From Bacteroidales bacterium (lineage in GTDB: Bacteria > Bacteroidota > Bacteroidia > Bacteroidales > UBA10428), in the NCBI GenBank assembly GCA_016938235.1, contig JAFGVA010000223.1, positions 406-64,405 of the forward strand: 64,000 bases of DNA, read 5' to 3'. Below are positions 40,297 through 49,409 of this stretch, in pieces (position 1 is the stretch's first letter; every line of letters begins with the position of its first letter). Made by a program: the position numbers and the translations under genes. A model generated the notes under the pieces. That model worked only from the letters and a program-made list of their open reading frames with translations, did not search any database and had not been told where the DNA came from.

Positions 40297-41559
40297 TTAT
40301 TCTTTGCTTATAACCGACTGATATAATTTATAGTACTTATTGCCCACAACTTCTTCGGAATAATTTTCAACCGCAAATTTACGGGCATTTACAGATAACT
40401 TATTCATGTCCTGCTGAAAAGCCCAGAGAATTCCATTTGCCAGATCTGTGTCAGATTTATACTCGGCCAGATAGCCGGTTGATAAATGCTCAATCATTTC
40501 AGGAATACCGCCTGTTTTAAAGGCAATACAAGGAGTTCCGCACGATAAGGCTTCCATGATTGTATTGGGTAGATTATCTTCGAGAGAGGGCAACAGAAAC
40601 AAATCGGCAGCATTATATACCTGTACTAATTGTTCCCGGGTAGTTAAATACCCCAGGTACTTGGTTTCGACAGGTATATTCTTTTCGATTGCAGTTGTAT
40701 TTTTACCCGCTAACAATAATACAAGATTATCCGCAAGTTCAGGAGAGTCTGTATGTATTTTATTAAGTGCCCTCAACAGGTAATTTAATCCTTTTCTGGG
40801 GTCAGCAACATTTCCGGCTGTAAATAACAGGTATTTTTTATGCTGATTTAAGCCAAGTTTTTCTCTTGCAAGGGTTTTATCATTTACACAAAAAATATTT
40901 GTATCTATCGGATTTGGAATAACTTCAATTCTTTTATCTGAAAGCAAATTACTTGTTACAGCCTGTTCACGCAACCAATTACTGCAGGTTACAAAAGTGA
41001 CAGCAGAAGTATTATAAATTTTACGTTTTTTAGATAACTGCCTGTAAGATAAGTCCTTGCCGGATGGCTTATGCAATAAAGGACAATTTCCGCAATTTTC
41101 CCGGTAGCGATGACAGCTTCCCGAATAATGACATCCACCTGTAAATGCCCACATATCATGCAAGGTCCATACAATTGGCTTATTGGCTTTTATTAATTTT
41201 GAAAATCCATTTAGCGAAAAAAACCCTTGATTAAACCAATGAATATGGATTATATCAGGGCACCACTTTTTTAAGATGTTTTGAGGTCTTATCCCTGTAC
41301 TTGCCGTTGAAAAAGCAAATCTTTCTTTTTTACTTTTCTCGGAAGGAAGAAAAAAGAGCTTCTCAAGCGAAAGATTAAAAAGCCATACAAATTTATTTAT
41401 TCGCGTAGGGAAGGCTTTAATAACAGGTTTTTCGATGTTCTCATCAAGTAATGTTCCGAATTGGGTTTCGCACTTTCCTGCGAGAGAATTATATATCCTC
41501 CAGGCAGCAACTGCAGCTCCACCGCGATTGTCATAAGTATTCAGAAACAGTATTTTCAA
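40297..41559 (-). CDS. Glycosyltransferase family 4 (GT-B)
   Basis: 420 aa. C-terminal EDNLPNTIMEALSCGTPCIAFKTGGIPEMIE (the E-x7-E region). Confidence 0.85.
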   Translation of the reverse strand: MKILFLNTYDNRGGAAVAAWRIYNSLAGKCETQFGTLLDENIEKPVIKAFPTRINKFVWLFNLSLEKLFFLPSEKSKKERFAFSTASTGIRPQNILKKWCPDIIHIHWFNQGFFSLNGFSKLIKANKPIVWTLHDMWAFTGGCHYSGSCHRYRENCGNCPLLHKPSGKDLSYRQLSKKRKIYNTSAVTFVTCSNWLREQAVTSNLLSDKRIEVIPNPIDTNIFCVNDKTLAREKLGLNQHKKYLLFTAGNVADPRKGLNYLLRALNKIHTDSPELADNLVLLLAGKNTTAIEKNIPVETKYLGYLTTREQLVQVYNAADLFLLPSLEDNLPNTIMEALSCGTPCIAFKTGGIPEMIEHLSTGYLAEYKSDTDLANGILWAFQQDMNKLSVNARKFAVENYSEEVVGNKYYKLYQSVISKE

Positions 41560-41605
41560 AGTATAAAAATTGAAAAACGATAAAATTATGGTTTATCAGT
41601 ATATA

Positions 41606-41613
41606 CAAATTTA
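41606..41613 (-). promoter_or_regulatory. Candidate -7 box for the GT4-GT2 genes
   Basis: Plus-strand CAAATTTA equals minus-strand TAAATTTG, 47 nt upstream of the ATG at 41559. Confidence 0.3.
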
Positions 41614-41745
41614 AGAAACTATTGTTAACAGCCATTAAACCCGTCAGAATCCGATTATTATTTTGAAATTGGATTATTAATAGGGAACCGGATAGCCAAC
41701 ATTCAATCAAAAAACTTTATTTTCGGGGCTTGATAAATATTATTT

Positions 41746-42453
41746 ATGACAGGTTTTTTAGAAAAAGCGCTTAGAATTCGGAAAGTACTTATTGGAAAAG
41801 ATGTTTATATTTCCCGCCAGATAAAGCAAAAAACACTTACATTAGGTAATAGAGATGCCAGATGGACTTTTATTCCTGAATTGGTAAGCGAAAAAAGCAT
41901 TGTTTATTCCATCGGAATTGGAACTGATATTTCTTTTGATACAGCGCTGATAGAAAAAATTGGCTGTGAGGTACATGCATTTGATCCCACTCCAAAAACA
42001 ATTGATTGGTTGAAAAGCAGGCCGGCAACGAATAAATTTAAATTCTCTCCTTTTGGTCTGGCTCATTTTGATGGGATCATGGATTTTTTCCTGCCAAATA
42101 AAACCGACCATGTATCAGGGAGCCTTGTTTCCAACGAGGCTGCAAATTCAAAAACCATAGCTGTTCAAATGAAACGGCTAAAAACCATTATGAATGAATT
42201 TAATCACCGCAGGCTGGATATTCTGAAAATGGATGTCGAAGGAAGTGAATACCGTATTATTGATGATATTTTAGAAAACCAAATCGTAGCAGGACAGCTG
42301 TTGATTGAATTTCATCACCGCTTTAGGGAAATAGGAATTGCAAGAACAAAAGATGCTGTCAGGAAATTAAATCGTGCAGGGTATAAAATTTTTTATGTTT
42401 CACCAAACGGAGAGGAAATTTCATTTGTCAATCAGAAGTTTTATAGAGAATAG
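41746..42453 (+). CDS. FkbM-family methyltransferase
   Basis: 235 aa. VYSIGIGTDISFD, HAFDPTP, LKMDVEGSEY motifs. Confidence 0.8.
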   Translation: MTGFLEKALRIRKVLIGKDVYISRQIKQKTLTLGNRDARWTFIPELVSEKSIVYSIGIGTDISFDTALIEKIGCEVHAFDPTPKTIDWLKSRPATNKFKFSPFGLAHFDGIMDFFLPNKTDHVSGSLVSNEAANSKTIAVQMKRLKTIMNEFNHRRLDILKMDVEGSEYRIIDDILENQIVAGQLLIEFHHRFREIGIARTKDAVRKLNRAGYKIFYVSPNGEEISFVNQKFYRE

Positions 42454-42457
42454 CCGT

Positions 42458-43726
42458 TTACTCTTTCAATGAACGAAAACATGCAACAAATTTTTCGGCC
42501 ACTGTATGTAAATTGATTTCATTCCGGATAATGGATTCGGAATGCGCTCCCATTTTTTGCAAAAGGTCCGGATTGCTAATTATCGCATCAATTTTGTCAG
42601 CCAGATCAGCAACATTATCTTCCTTAAAATAAAAACCATTGTATCCATCCCTTACCAATTCCTTTTCTGTTCCATCGCATCTTGAACAAATAATGGGTTT
42701 ACCGAAGGCCATCGCTTCGTTGATGGATAATCCACCCATTCCTGCAAGGACATAAACAGCCGATGATAGTGTTTCTTTTGCCAGAATGCGGGCATCGTAT
42801 ATGGCACCTGAAAATATTATTTGTTTATCCAAACCAAGAGATTCTGCTTTTTTCTTTAAAAAATCTTCCTCCGGACCCTTGCCAATAATATGTAATTCAA
42901 TTAAAGGATGTTTTTCTATCAACAGATGGATTGCATCAATAAGCACATCCACTTTTTTCCACTTCACAAGTCGGCCTACGTGCAATATTCTAAAGGGGTT
43001 GAGCATTGGCATAGTTCCATTTTGTTTAAATTCCTGCTTTATTTTAAACAATTGATCAGTATCGGGAGAATTATAGGTCACAAAAATTTTTTCTTTCTTA
43101 ATGCCAAAACTTTGGTGAATTGAATATGCTGAGGATGTATATGCCAGCGTTGCATCAACCCGGCTGAAATAATAGATCCTGATCAGATTAAGTAAACAGG
43201 CCCATGGAAAAAGTCTCAAACCGGTTGGATTCTCAATCTGAAGATCCTCATTAAAGACAGGATTTTTTCTATAAAACCGTATGGCTTTGTTTTTTGGAGC
43301 GACCATAAAAGGGATTTCACGAAAAACCAGCGACATGCCTCTTTTCCGCGCCATACGCCGTGTTTTAAAATCAAAGATATAGGGCACAATATACGGCCAG
43401 CCAACAACCAGAATATCAGGCTTGAGTCCGCTTAATGTTTTCGAAATATTTTTAAAATAGGGTTTGCCAAATATTCCGTTATATTCATCAAGTCTGATAG
43501 TTTTAAAAAGCTGCGAATTATCCGATTCTTCGAGCCTGACACCTTTGCCAATTGATTTTCCTTTACCCTTGGGGATAATTACCGATACATCCAGATTATT
43601 ATCTTCAGCAATCTTGTTTAACAAAGCTGTCAGATAATGCGGCATACCTCCAAAAATGAAAATTATTTTCATATATGTAATCAAATTAATAGTCAGAATT
43701 ATTGAGTAATATTTCTGAACATTCAA
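42458..43726 (-). CDS. Glycosyltransferase family 4 (GT-B)
   Basis: 422-aa ORF. The more likely start is MKIIFIFGG at 43672. C-terminal GGLSINEAMAFGKPIICSRCDGTEKELV. Confidence 0.8.
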   Translation of the reverse strand: MNVQKYYSIILTINLITYMKIIFIFGGMPHYLTALLNKIAEDNNLDVSVIIPKGKGKSIGKGVRLEESDNSQLFKTIRLDEYNGIFGKPYFKNISKTLSGLKPDILVVGWPYIVPYIFDFKTRRMARKRGMSLVFREIPFMVAPKNKAIRFYRKNPVFNEDLQIENPTGLRLFPWACLLNLIRIYYFSRVDATLAYTSSAYSIHQSFGIKKEKIFVTYNSPDTDQLFKIKQEFKQNGTMPMLNPFRILHVGRLVKWKKVDVLIDAIHLLIEKHPLIELHIIGKGPEEDFLKKKAESLGLDKQIIFSGAIYDARILAKETLSSAVYVLAGMGGLSINEAMAFGKPIICSRCDGTEKELVRDGYNGFYFKEDNVADLADKIDAIISNPDLLQKMGAHSESIIRNEINLHTVAEKFVACFRSLKE

Positions 43727-45238
43727 TTATTTAGGTTTTTTAGAAAAATAATGCATTAATATTCCTTTACTAAATAGTTTGCCAGCTACCCGGTTTATAT
43801 CTTCTGAAAGTTTGAATATTATTACAAAAGCTATGCAATATATCGAAATAATAGTCGATCGATACAGTGCATCGATAAAACAGTTTTTAAGCGCAGGCAA
43901 AAAATAATTTATGATAAAACCTGATACAATTAAAATCAGCACATATATAAAACCCTTGGTGAAAGGTTGAATGTGCAATTTATTATACAGAAAAATTATA
44001 ACTGTAAGGTTTAGAAGTATAAATGATATCATGGATGCAAGCGCAGCGCCTGTAATACCATATATTGGAATAAGAAAATAATTTCCGGCAATGGTAATTA
44101 TTCCGAGCAGGACGACAAATAGCAGCTGGTATCGGTGGTATTTTGAATAAATAAGAATTTGATTATTAAGTCCTGTTATAACATCTATAAATTTTCCCAG
44201 GCCGATAAATAATACCACATATTTCCCCGTTGCATAAATTTCTCCTTTTGGCATAAGGGCAAATATATTATTAATATTGGCCCAAAGGAGCAGCAATATT
44301 ACGCCTCCTATAACTGACTGATTCAGAGTGTAACGGGTATAAATATTTTTAAGCTTTTCACTTTCACCCTTTTCCAGGTATTCAGACACAAAAGGTGAGC
44401 TTATTTGAATTGCAGCCCTGGAGGGTATTTCAATCATAGCAGCCATAAAAAAACTGATGGAATAAATACCTGTCCCACTTAAGCCAATCATGGCTGAAAT
44501 CATAAAAGTATCGACACGCAAAACTATATTTGATCCAATTCCGGCTATAAGCATAAAACCCATATAGGAAAATATTTTCGCATATATGCCTTTATTAATT
44601 TGATTATTCTGCCCGACCGGTTCTTTTGATTTGAAAAGTATGTAAAAATATACAGCAAGTACAAGAGCCGAAAATCCATAAGATGCGATAATCAATATTA
44701 CATAAACGTCTACCGACAGGCCGAACAGGAAAAAAACCACAGCAGCAAGTATAAGTAAAACACGGATTATTACTTCGCGAACCAGCTTTGGAACTGTAAT
44801 TCTTAAGTAATAGGTCGAAAAATTTTCAATAATATTCAGGTAAATGCATATCAGTCCGAAGGGAATCACTAAAACGATATAATGTGTAAAGAGCTCCGAC
44901 TTTTGAATGAATATTTCCTGGAAGGTTTCCTTTCCAATCAAAATTAATAGTCCAAAAAACATAAAACTAAAAAGAGGCAGAATTAATGCGTATTTATAGG
45001 CAGTTTTTATCTGACCATTTTGCCTGAGCAAGGGACTGAACCTGATAACCGCATTTGGAATTCCAATCTGGGCAAAAAAAGCAAAAAGGAAAGCTGAGTC
45101 AACCAGAATCCGGTTAAGACCTATAATTTCAGGACTAAGAAAATAAGGGTAGATAAAAACGGTAGATATTGCGCCTAAAATGGCTCCGAAATATCCGGCC
45201 GCTGAAGCCTTAATACTTTGACGGATTACTATTCCCAT
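43727..45238 (-). CDS. Wzx-like polysaccharide flippase (MOP superfamily)
   Basis: 503 aa with about 12-14 TM segments, in a polysaccharide-locus context. Confidence 0.75.
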   Translation of the reverse strand: MGIVIRQSIKASAAGYFGAILGAISTVFIYPYFLSPEIIGLNRILVDSAFLFAFFAQIGIPNAVIRFSPLLRQNGQIKTAYKYALILPLFSFMFFGLLILIGKETFQEIFIQKSELFTHYIVLVIPFGLICIYLNIIENFSTYYLRITVPKLVREVIIRVLLILAAVVFFLFGLSVDVYVILIIASYGFSALVLAVYFYILFKSKEPVGQNNQINKGIYAKIFSYMGFMLIAGIGSNIVLRVDTFMISAMIGLSGTGIYSISFFMAAMIEIPSRAAIQISSPFVSEYLEKGESEKLKNIYTRYTLNQSVIGGVILLLLWANINNIFALMPKGEIYATGKYVVLFIGLGKFIDVITGLNNQILIYSKYHRYQLLFVVLLGIITIAGNYFLIPIYGITGAALASMISFILLNLTVIIFLYNKLHIQPFTKGFIYVLILIVSGFIINYFLPALKNCFIDALYRSTIISIYCIAFVIIFKLSEDINRVAGKLFSKGILMHYFSKKPK

Positions 45239-45272
45239 GTTTATTGTAATAATTAATCAAAGAATTGTTTTT

Positions 45273-45280
45273 CAAAGATA
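45273..45280 (-). promoter_or_regulatory. Candidate -7 box for the Wzx-GT4 genes
   Basis: Plus-strand CAAAGATA equals minus-strand TATCTTTG, 35 nt upstream of the ATG at 45238. Confidence 0.4.
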
Positions 45281-45505
45281 CAAGTTGACATAGGAAAAAA
45301 CATGAATAAACCAATCAAATGATGAACAAGCAAAGGATAGCTTTAACTGGACAATATCTTTTTACTATTTCAATACCAGGGAGTTCAAATAATCTGTGTT
45401 TTTTACTTTTTTGTTTCATTTTAAGAAGAAAAAGTTCAAATTTGCAAGCCCTGAAATGTTTTCAGCAATTTTTTTATCGTTTTAAACTTCGCAAAAAATA
45501 ATCTT

Positions 45506-46144
45506 ATGAGAAAGTTTGTTTGGTATATCTTACATTTTTTCGGAATCGATGGGTTTATTCAGCTCTCTTACAAAGGCATTCTTGATGAATATGGCTGGAT
45601 GAAATCTTTTCATGCCAGACAATCAATAAACAAAAATGGAGAGCCCATTCCCTGGATGACATATTCATTAATTAACTTTTTGGAACCCAGGCTTACAAAA
45701 GAGATGCTGGTTTTTGAATTTGGTGCAGGAAATTCTACACTTTGGTTCTCCTCGAGAGTAGGAAAAGTAAAGAGTGTTGAGAATAATCTGGAATGGTATA
45801 CCATGCTTAAAAGAATGCATAAAAATAATGTAGAATTAGTTTACAAAGAATTGGAACCAAATGGAGAATACAGCCATATTTTACAATCTACTGCCGAAAA
45901 ATTTGATATCATTGTTATTGACGGACGGGACAGAAATAATTGTGTGTACAATTCAGTTGAGCATTTAAAAATTGATGGTATAATCCTTTTTGATAATTCT
46001 CAACTGAAGGAATATGTACCGAGTCAAAACTATTTAAGAGACAGGGGTTTTAAAAGAATAGATTTCGAAGGCTTATGCCCAGGAGTTGCCCATAGTAATA
46101 CAACCACAATTTTTTATCGCAGCGATAATGTATTGGGGATTTAA
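45506..46144 (+). CDS. Class I SAM-dependent methyltransferase-like protein
   Basis: 212 aa with a Rossmann-type VFEFGAGNSTLWF and a downstream acidic IVIDGRDR. Assignment is by motif only. Confidence 0.5.
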   Translation: MRKFVWYILHFFGIDGFIQLSYKGILDEYGWMKSFHARQSINKNGEPIPWMTYSLINFLEPRLTKEMLVFEFGAGNSTLWFSSRVGKVKSVENNLEWYTMLKRMHKNNVELVYKELEPNGEYSHILQSTAEKFDIIVIDGRDRNNCVYNSVEHLKIDGIILFDNSQLKEYVPSQNYLRDRGFKRIDFEGLCPGVAHSNTTTIFYRSDNVLGI

Positions 46145-46250
46145 TTTTTCTCTGTAATTGTTTTAAATCATCTCATTTGGTTCAGTATAATCTATCCCGG
46201 ACTGCTTTTTAATTATTAAATTGCATCCCAAAATCTTAATTCTTTTTCAT

Positions 46251-46655
46251 ATGAAAGTTTTATATACAGTACTTTTTATGTTCATATTGTCCGTGAGTGT
46301 GAATGCTCAAACTAAAAGTCAAATTAAAGAACTGAATATTAAATCAACTTCGGTTTGGTCATACGATTATTCAACCGGTAAAGAAGTAAAAAAACTCGAC
46401 CAGGTTGAAAAGTTTAATAATCGGGGCCAGGTAATTCAGCTGATTGATTACGATAAAAACGGAAAACAAAAAGAAAGAATTACTTATTCCTACAACGATA
46501 ATGGTGATATTACCGAGGAAAAGTATTACGACGAAACAGATAAAATTGCAAAAGCATATAAATATACCTACGAAGATCAACTGAAAAAAACCAAGGAAAA
46601 GTACGACGATAAGGGAAATCTCATATGGAAGAAGGTGTATGTATATGAAATGTAA
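46251..46655 (+). CDS. Small secreted repeat protein (hypothetical)
   Basis: Starts at the ATG at 46251 (MKVLYTVLFMFILSVSVNAQ); the track TTG at 46221 is less likely. Repetitive YD..GK / KY..K beta-hairpin-like pattern. Confidence 0.55.
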   Translation: MKVLYTVLFMFILSVSVNAQTKSQIKELNIKSTSVWSYDYSTGKEVKKLDQVEKFNNRGQVIQLIDYDKNGKQKERITYSYNDNGDITEEKYYDETDKIAKAYKYTYEDQLKKTKEKYDDKGNLIWKKVYVYEM

Positions 46656-46700
46656 TGCGACGAACAATTCTTCAGTTGTACGACAGGAAAGTTACTTTCT

Positions 46701-46761
46701 TACCATTTCACCCATTCAAGCATTCATTAATTCACTAATTCACTAATTCACTAATTCACCC
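46701..46761. repeat. 8-nt-period tandem array abutting the CDF transporter start codon
   Basis: Plus strand ..CATTCATTAATTCA CTAATTCA CTAATTCA CTAATTCA CCC-ATG. The minus-strand read is GTGAATTA x4 followed by ATGAATGC TTGAATGG GTGAAATGG. Confidence 0.9.
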
Positions 46762-47667
46762 ATGTCACACGCGGGATCAGTTAAATCAATCGTATATGCA
46801 TTACTGGCAAATTTCGGAATTGCCATTGCTAAATCCGGCGCAGCAATATACACAGGCTCCGGGGCCATGCTTGCCGAAGCAATTCATTCCTTTGCCGATT
46901 GTGGAAATCAGGGTTTATTATTTCTTGGTTTACGCAGAGCAAAAATTGGTCCTTCGAAAAATTACCCGCTTGGACACGGGAAAGCTATATTTTTTTGGTC
47001 GTTTGTAGTTGCACTTATACTTTTTAGTATGGGTGGCGTTTTCTCAATTTACGAGGGAATTCATAAACTACATGCTTATGAACCCATTAATTCTCCCCTT
47101 GTAGCTATTGTAGTACTTTTACTGGGAGTTATTATGGAAGGAGCATCGCTATTTGGTTGTATCAGGCAGATTAACAAAATAAAAGGAAATCAGAATTTGT
47201 GGCAATGGGCTAAAGACAGCCGGCAAAGTGAACTGATTGTTATTCTTGGTGAGGACTTGGCTGCAATCACCGGGCTAATTTTTGCTCTACTATCTATCAT
47301 ACTTGCCGTGGTTACAGGCAATATGGTTTTCGATGCGATTGGAAGTATTGGAATTGGAATATTATTAGTAATTGTCTCATTTTTTTTGGCAACCAAGATA
47401 AAAGGATTACTTATCGGCCAAAGTGTAGAGAAAGATGTTGCCGAAGATATTGAACATTTTATTGAAAAGCAGGAAAGTGTCAGGGAAGTTCTGAATCTTA
47501 TTACCTTGCAGTTAGGGGCTCAGGTAATGGTTGCTGTAAAAGCAAAAATGAATCCGACATCAACAGCCGGTGAAATGATAAACAACATCAATGTCTGCGA
47601 AGCCGCTTTAAAGAAGCATAACCCAAATATTCAATGGGTTTTTTTTGAACCGGATTTAAAAGATTAA
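46762..47667 (+). CDS. Cation diffusion facilitator family transporter
   Basis: 301 aa with 6 TM segments. HSFADCGNQ in TM2 and a C-terminal cytoplasmic domain. Confidence 0.8.
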   Translation: MSHAGSVKSIVYALLANFGIAIAKSGAAIYTGSGAMLAEAIHSFADCGNQGLLFLGLRRAKIGPSKNYPLGHGKAIFFWSFVVALILFSMGGVFSIYEGIHKLHAYEPINSPLVAIVVLLLGVIMEGASLFGCIRQINKIKGNQNLWQWAKDSRQSELIVILGEDLAAITGLIFALLSIILAVVTGNMVFDAIGSIGIGILLVIVSFFLATKIKGLLIGQSVEKDVAEDIEHFIEKQESVREVLNLITLQLGAQVMVAVKAKMNPTSTAGEMINNINVCEAALKKHNPNIQWVFFEPDLKD

Positions 47668-47672
47668 AAAAA

Positions 47673-47705
47673 GCAGGTCGCTTTTAAACGCCTGCCCTCT
47701 TTTTC
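47673..47705 (+). terminator. Possible terminator after the CDF gene
   Basis: GCAGGTCG-CTTTTAAA-CGCCTGC (bulged stem), then CCTCTTTTT. Confidence 0.4.
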
Positions 47706-47716
47706 GGTAATACTTA

Positions 47717-47863
47717 TCAATCAGTTGAGATCAGTTTTGTTCTTGATTTCCTGGCATGATGCAATTCTTCATGTTTTGCTTTCTTTTCTGCCCGTTTTTC
47801 CTTTAATGTTTTAGTGGCTTCTTTTTTCTTTTTGCCATCGTGTAAACTTCTATCGTGTGACAT
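47717..47863 (-). CDS. Possible 48-aa lysine-rich small protein
   Basis: My minus-strand translation is MSHDRSLHDGKKKKEATKTLKEKRAEKKAKHEELHHARKSRTKLISTD-stop. It falls below the ORF-track length cut-off and has no homology evidence. Confidence 0.3.
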   Translation of the reverse strand: MSHDRSLHDGKKKKEATKTLKEKRAEKKAKHEELHHARKSRTKLISTD

Positions 47864-47981
47864 AGCTTATGATTTAAAGGTTTAACATCACAAAAAAACG
47901 AATTTCTATAATTATAAAATTACAATGAAATTAAAACAATGTCAAGCCGTAAATAATATGCTTTAAGAAGTCTGTTTATTA

Positions 47982-48671
47982 TTATTCTTTAATCGATGTA
48001 AGCTCCATGTAACTATCCAGCTTTCCGCTTTTGTCATAGGTTTCACTGCGTATAGTCCCAACTCCCAAAGAATACCAGGTTATTGCTGAAGTAGAAGTTT
48101 TAATGAATCCAAATTCGCCATTAACCGTCTCAGTTATTTTCACACAGTCAAATGTTCCGGCAGGAGTGGTTAATTTCTCAACAGCAAGAACTTTTCTGTC
48201 AACAACATGTACCTTCATGGTCATTGGCATCGGACCGGCACTTATTTGCATTGTCACTGTACCGTCTTTAAGCTTTTGTCCGGGTTGGGCATTTGTTGAA
48301 GGAAGATCAATTTCATCGGCAGTTACTTTAATGTCCATACCTTCATAAGCCTGCATTGTTTCCTGGCTGAAATACATCTCCATATCAAGAATAAAAACAC
48401 CATCTTTACACTTAAACTGGTATTCATTTTCCATCGGGTTCTCGCCTTTTTCATCGGTTAAAACCTGTTTCATTAAATAGGAAGTAACGCCATCGGAAGT
48501 TTGAATGTCTTGTAAAGTTTGTGTTGCTTTTCCGGTAATTTTGTCTTTTTTATTGTAATGAGTATGTTCAAGAACAGTTCCCACCTTGCCCGGAAGGAAT
48601 ACTTCACAATCCTGTGCATTAAGTGAAAAAACAATAATCAGAAGGGATAAGATTGAACTAAAGGTTTTCAT
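47982..48671 (-). CDS. Secreted hypothetical beta-rich protein
   Basis: The likely start is the MKTFSSILSLLIIVFSLNAQ signal peptide at 48671, not the track start at 48737. Confidence 0.55.
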   Translation of the reverse strand: MKTFSSILSLLIIVFSLNAQDCEVFLPGKVGTVLEHTHYNKKDKITGKATQTLQDIQTSDGVTSYLMKQVLTDEKGENPMENEYQFKCKDGVFILDMEMYFSQETMQAYEGMDIKVTADEIDLPSTNAQPGQKLKDGTVTMQISAGPMPMTMKVHVVDRKVLAVEKLTTPAGTFDCVKITETVNGEFGFIKTSTSAITWYSLGVGTIRSETYDKSGKLDSYMELTSIKE

Positions 48672-49007
48672 TTCGATTTGTTTTTGGTGTAATACGAATA
48701 TATTAAAACCTGCTGAATGCAGTATACAGATAAACAAGAATTAATTATAAATAATTTAGCCTGTTTCTGTTTTGACAGATAAAAATACACATAATAATTT
48801 AACCACGAACCAATCCCCGATTAATTAGGGTGAGCTCAACGGAAGTTCTTTCACAAATAAAAAATATGCAAAAAACACAAAGTATTTTTACAGTATTTAG
48901 TGTAAATCTCTTTCAATAATAACGAATAAATTAATTGAACATGAATGAGTTAATTCGTGGCTGTATTTTCTTAACTAAGGGGCTGAATACCTGAAATGTT
49001 TACCCAA

Positions 49008-49409
49008 TTACCCAAGTGTTGCTTTAATAAAGGGCCAGAAACAAAAAATAAACAGGCCCGTTGAGATAATAATATCGGAGTATACGATTGCTTTCATATT
49101 TAGCCGATTGGCTTTTATAATTTGGTTAAGCACAACTCGCATAATGAGTTGAAAAGCGAAAAATAGAAACACTTTAATTCCATACGGATTGTATTGTCTG
49201 GCAGAACTAAAATCAAACTCCATAATAGCCATAAAACATCTGGTCAAGCCAGTACTAATAGAATCTTCACCAATTATAATTTTATTAAACGAGGGCAAAA
49301 TGGGATTGATACCTGTATACGCAAAAAAGCCGGAATACGTGAAAATACTCACAAATACCCCGGCCAAAATAAGGTTAATTAATTTGTAATTCTTTTGTTC
49401 TTGTGTCAA
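49008..49409 (-). CDS. DUF2752-like small membrane protein
   Basis: 133 aa with 4 TM segments and a GLTR motif after TM1. 4-nt overlap with the upstream gene. Family call is from memory of the motif, so low certainty. Confidence 0.45.
   Translation of the reverse strand: MTQEQKNYKLINLILAGVFVSIFTYSGFFAYTGINPILPSFNKIIIGEDSISTGLTRCFMAIMEFDFSSARQYNPYGIKVFLFFAFQLIMRVVLNQIIKANRLNMKAIVYSDIIISTGLFIFCFWPFIKATLG

Noticed and set aside
45319-45501. 60-aa ORF between wzx and the methyltransferase-like gene
   Set aside because: It sits in a divergent promoter region, has an implausible composition, and overlaps the candidate promoter of the downstream gene.
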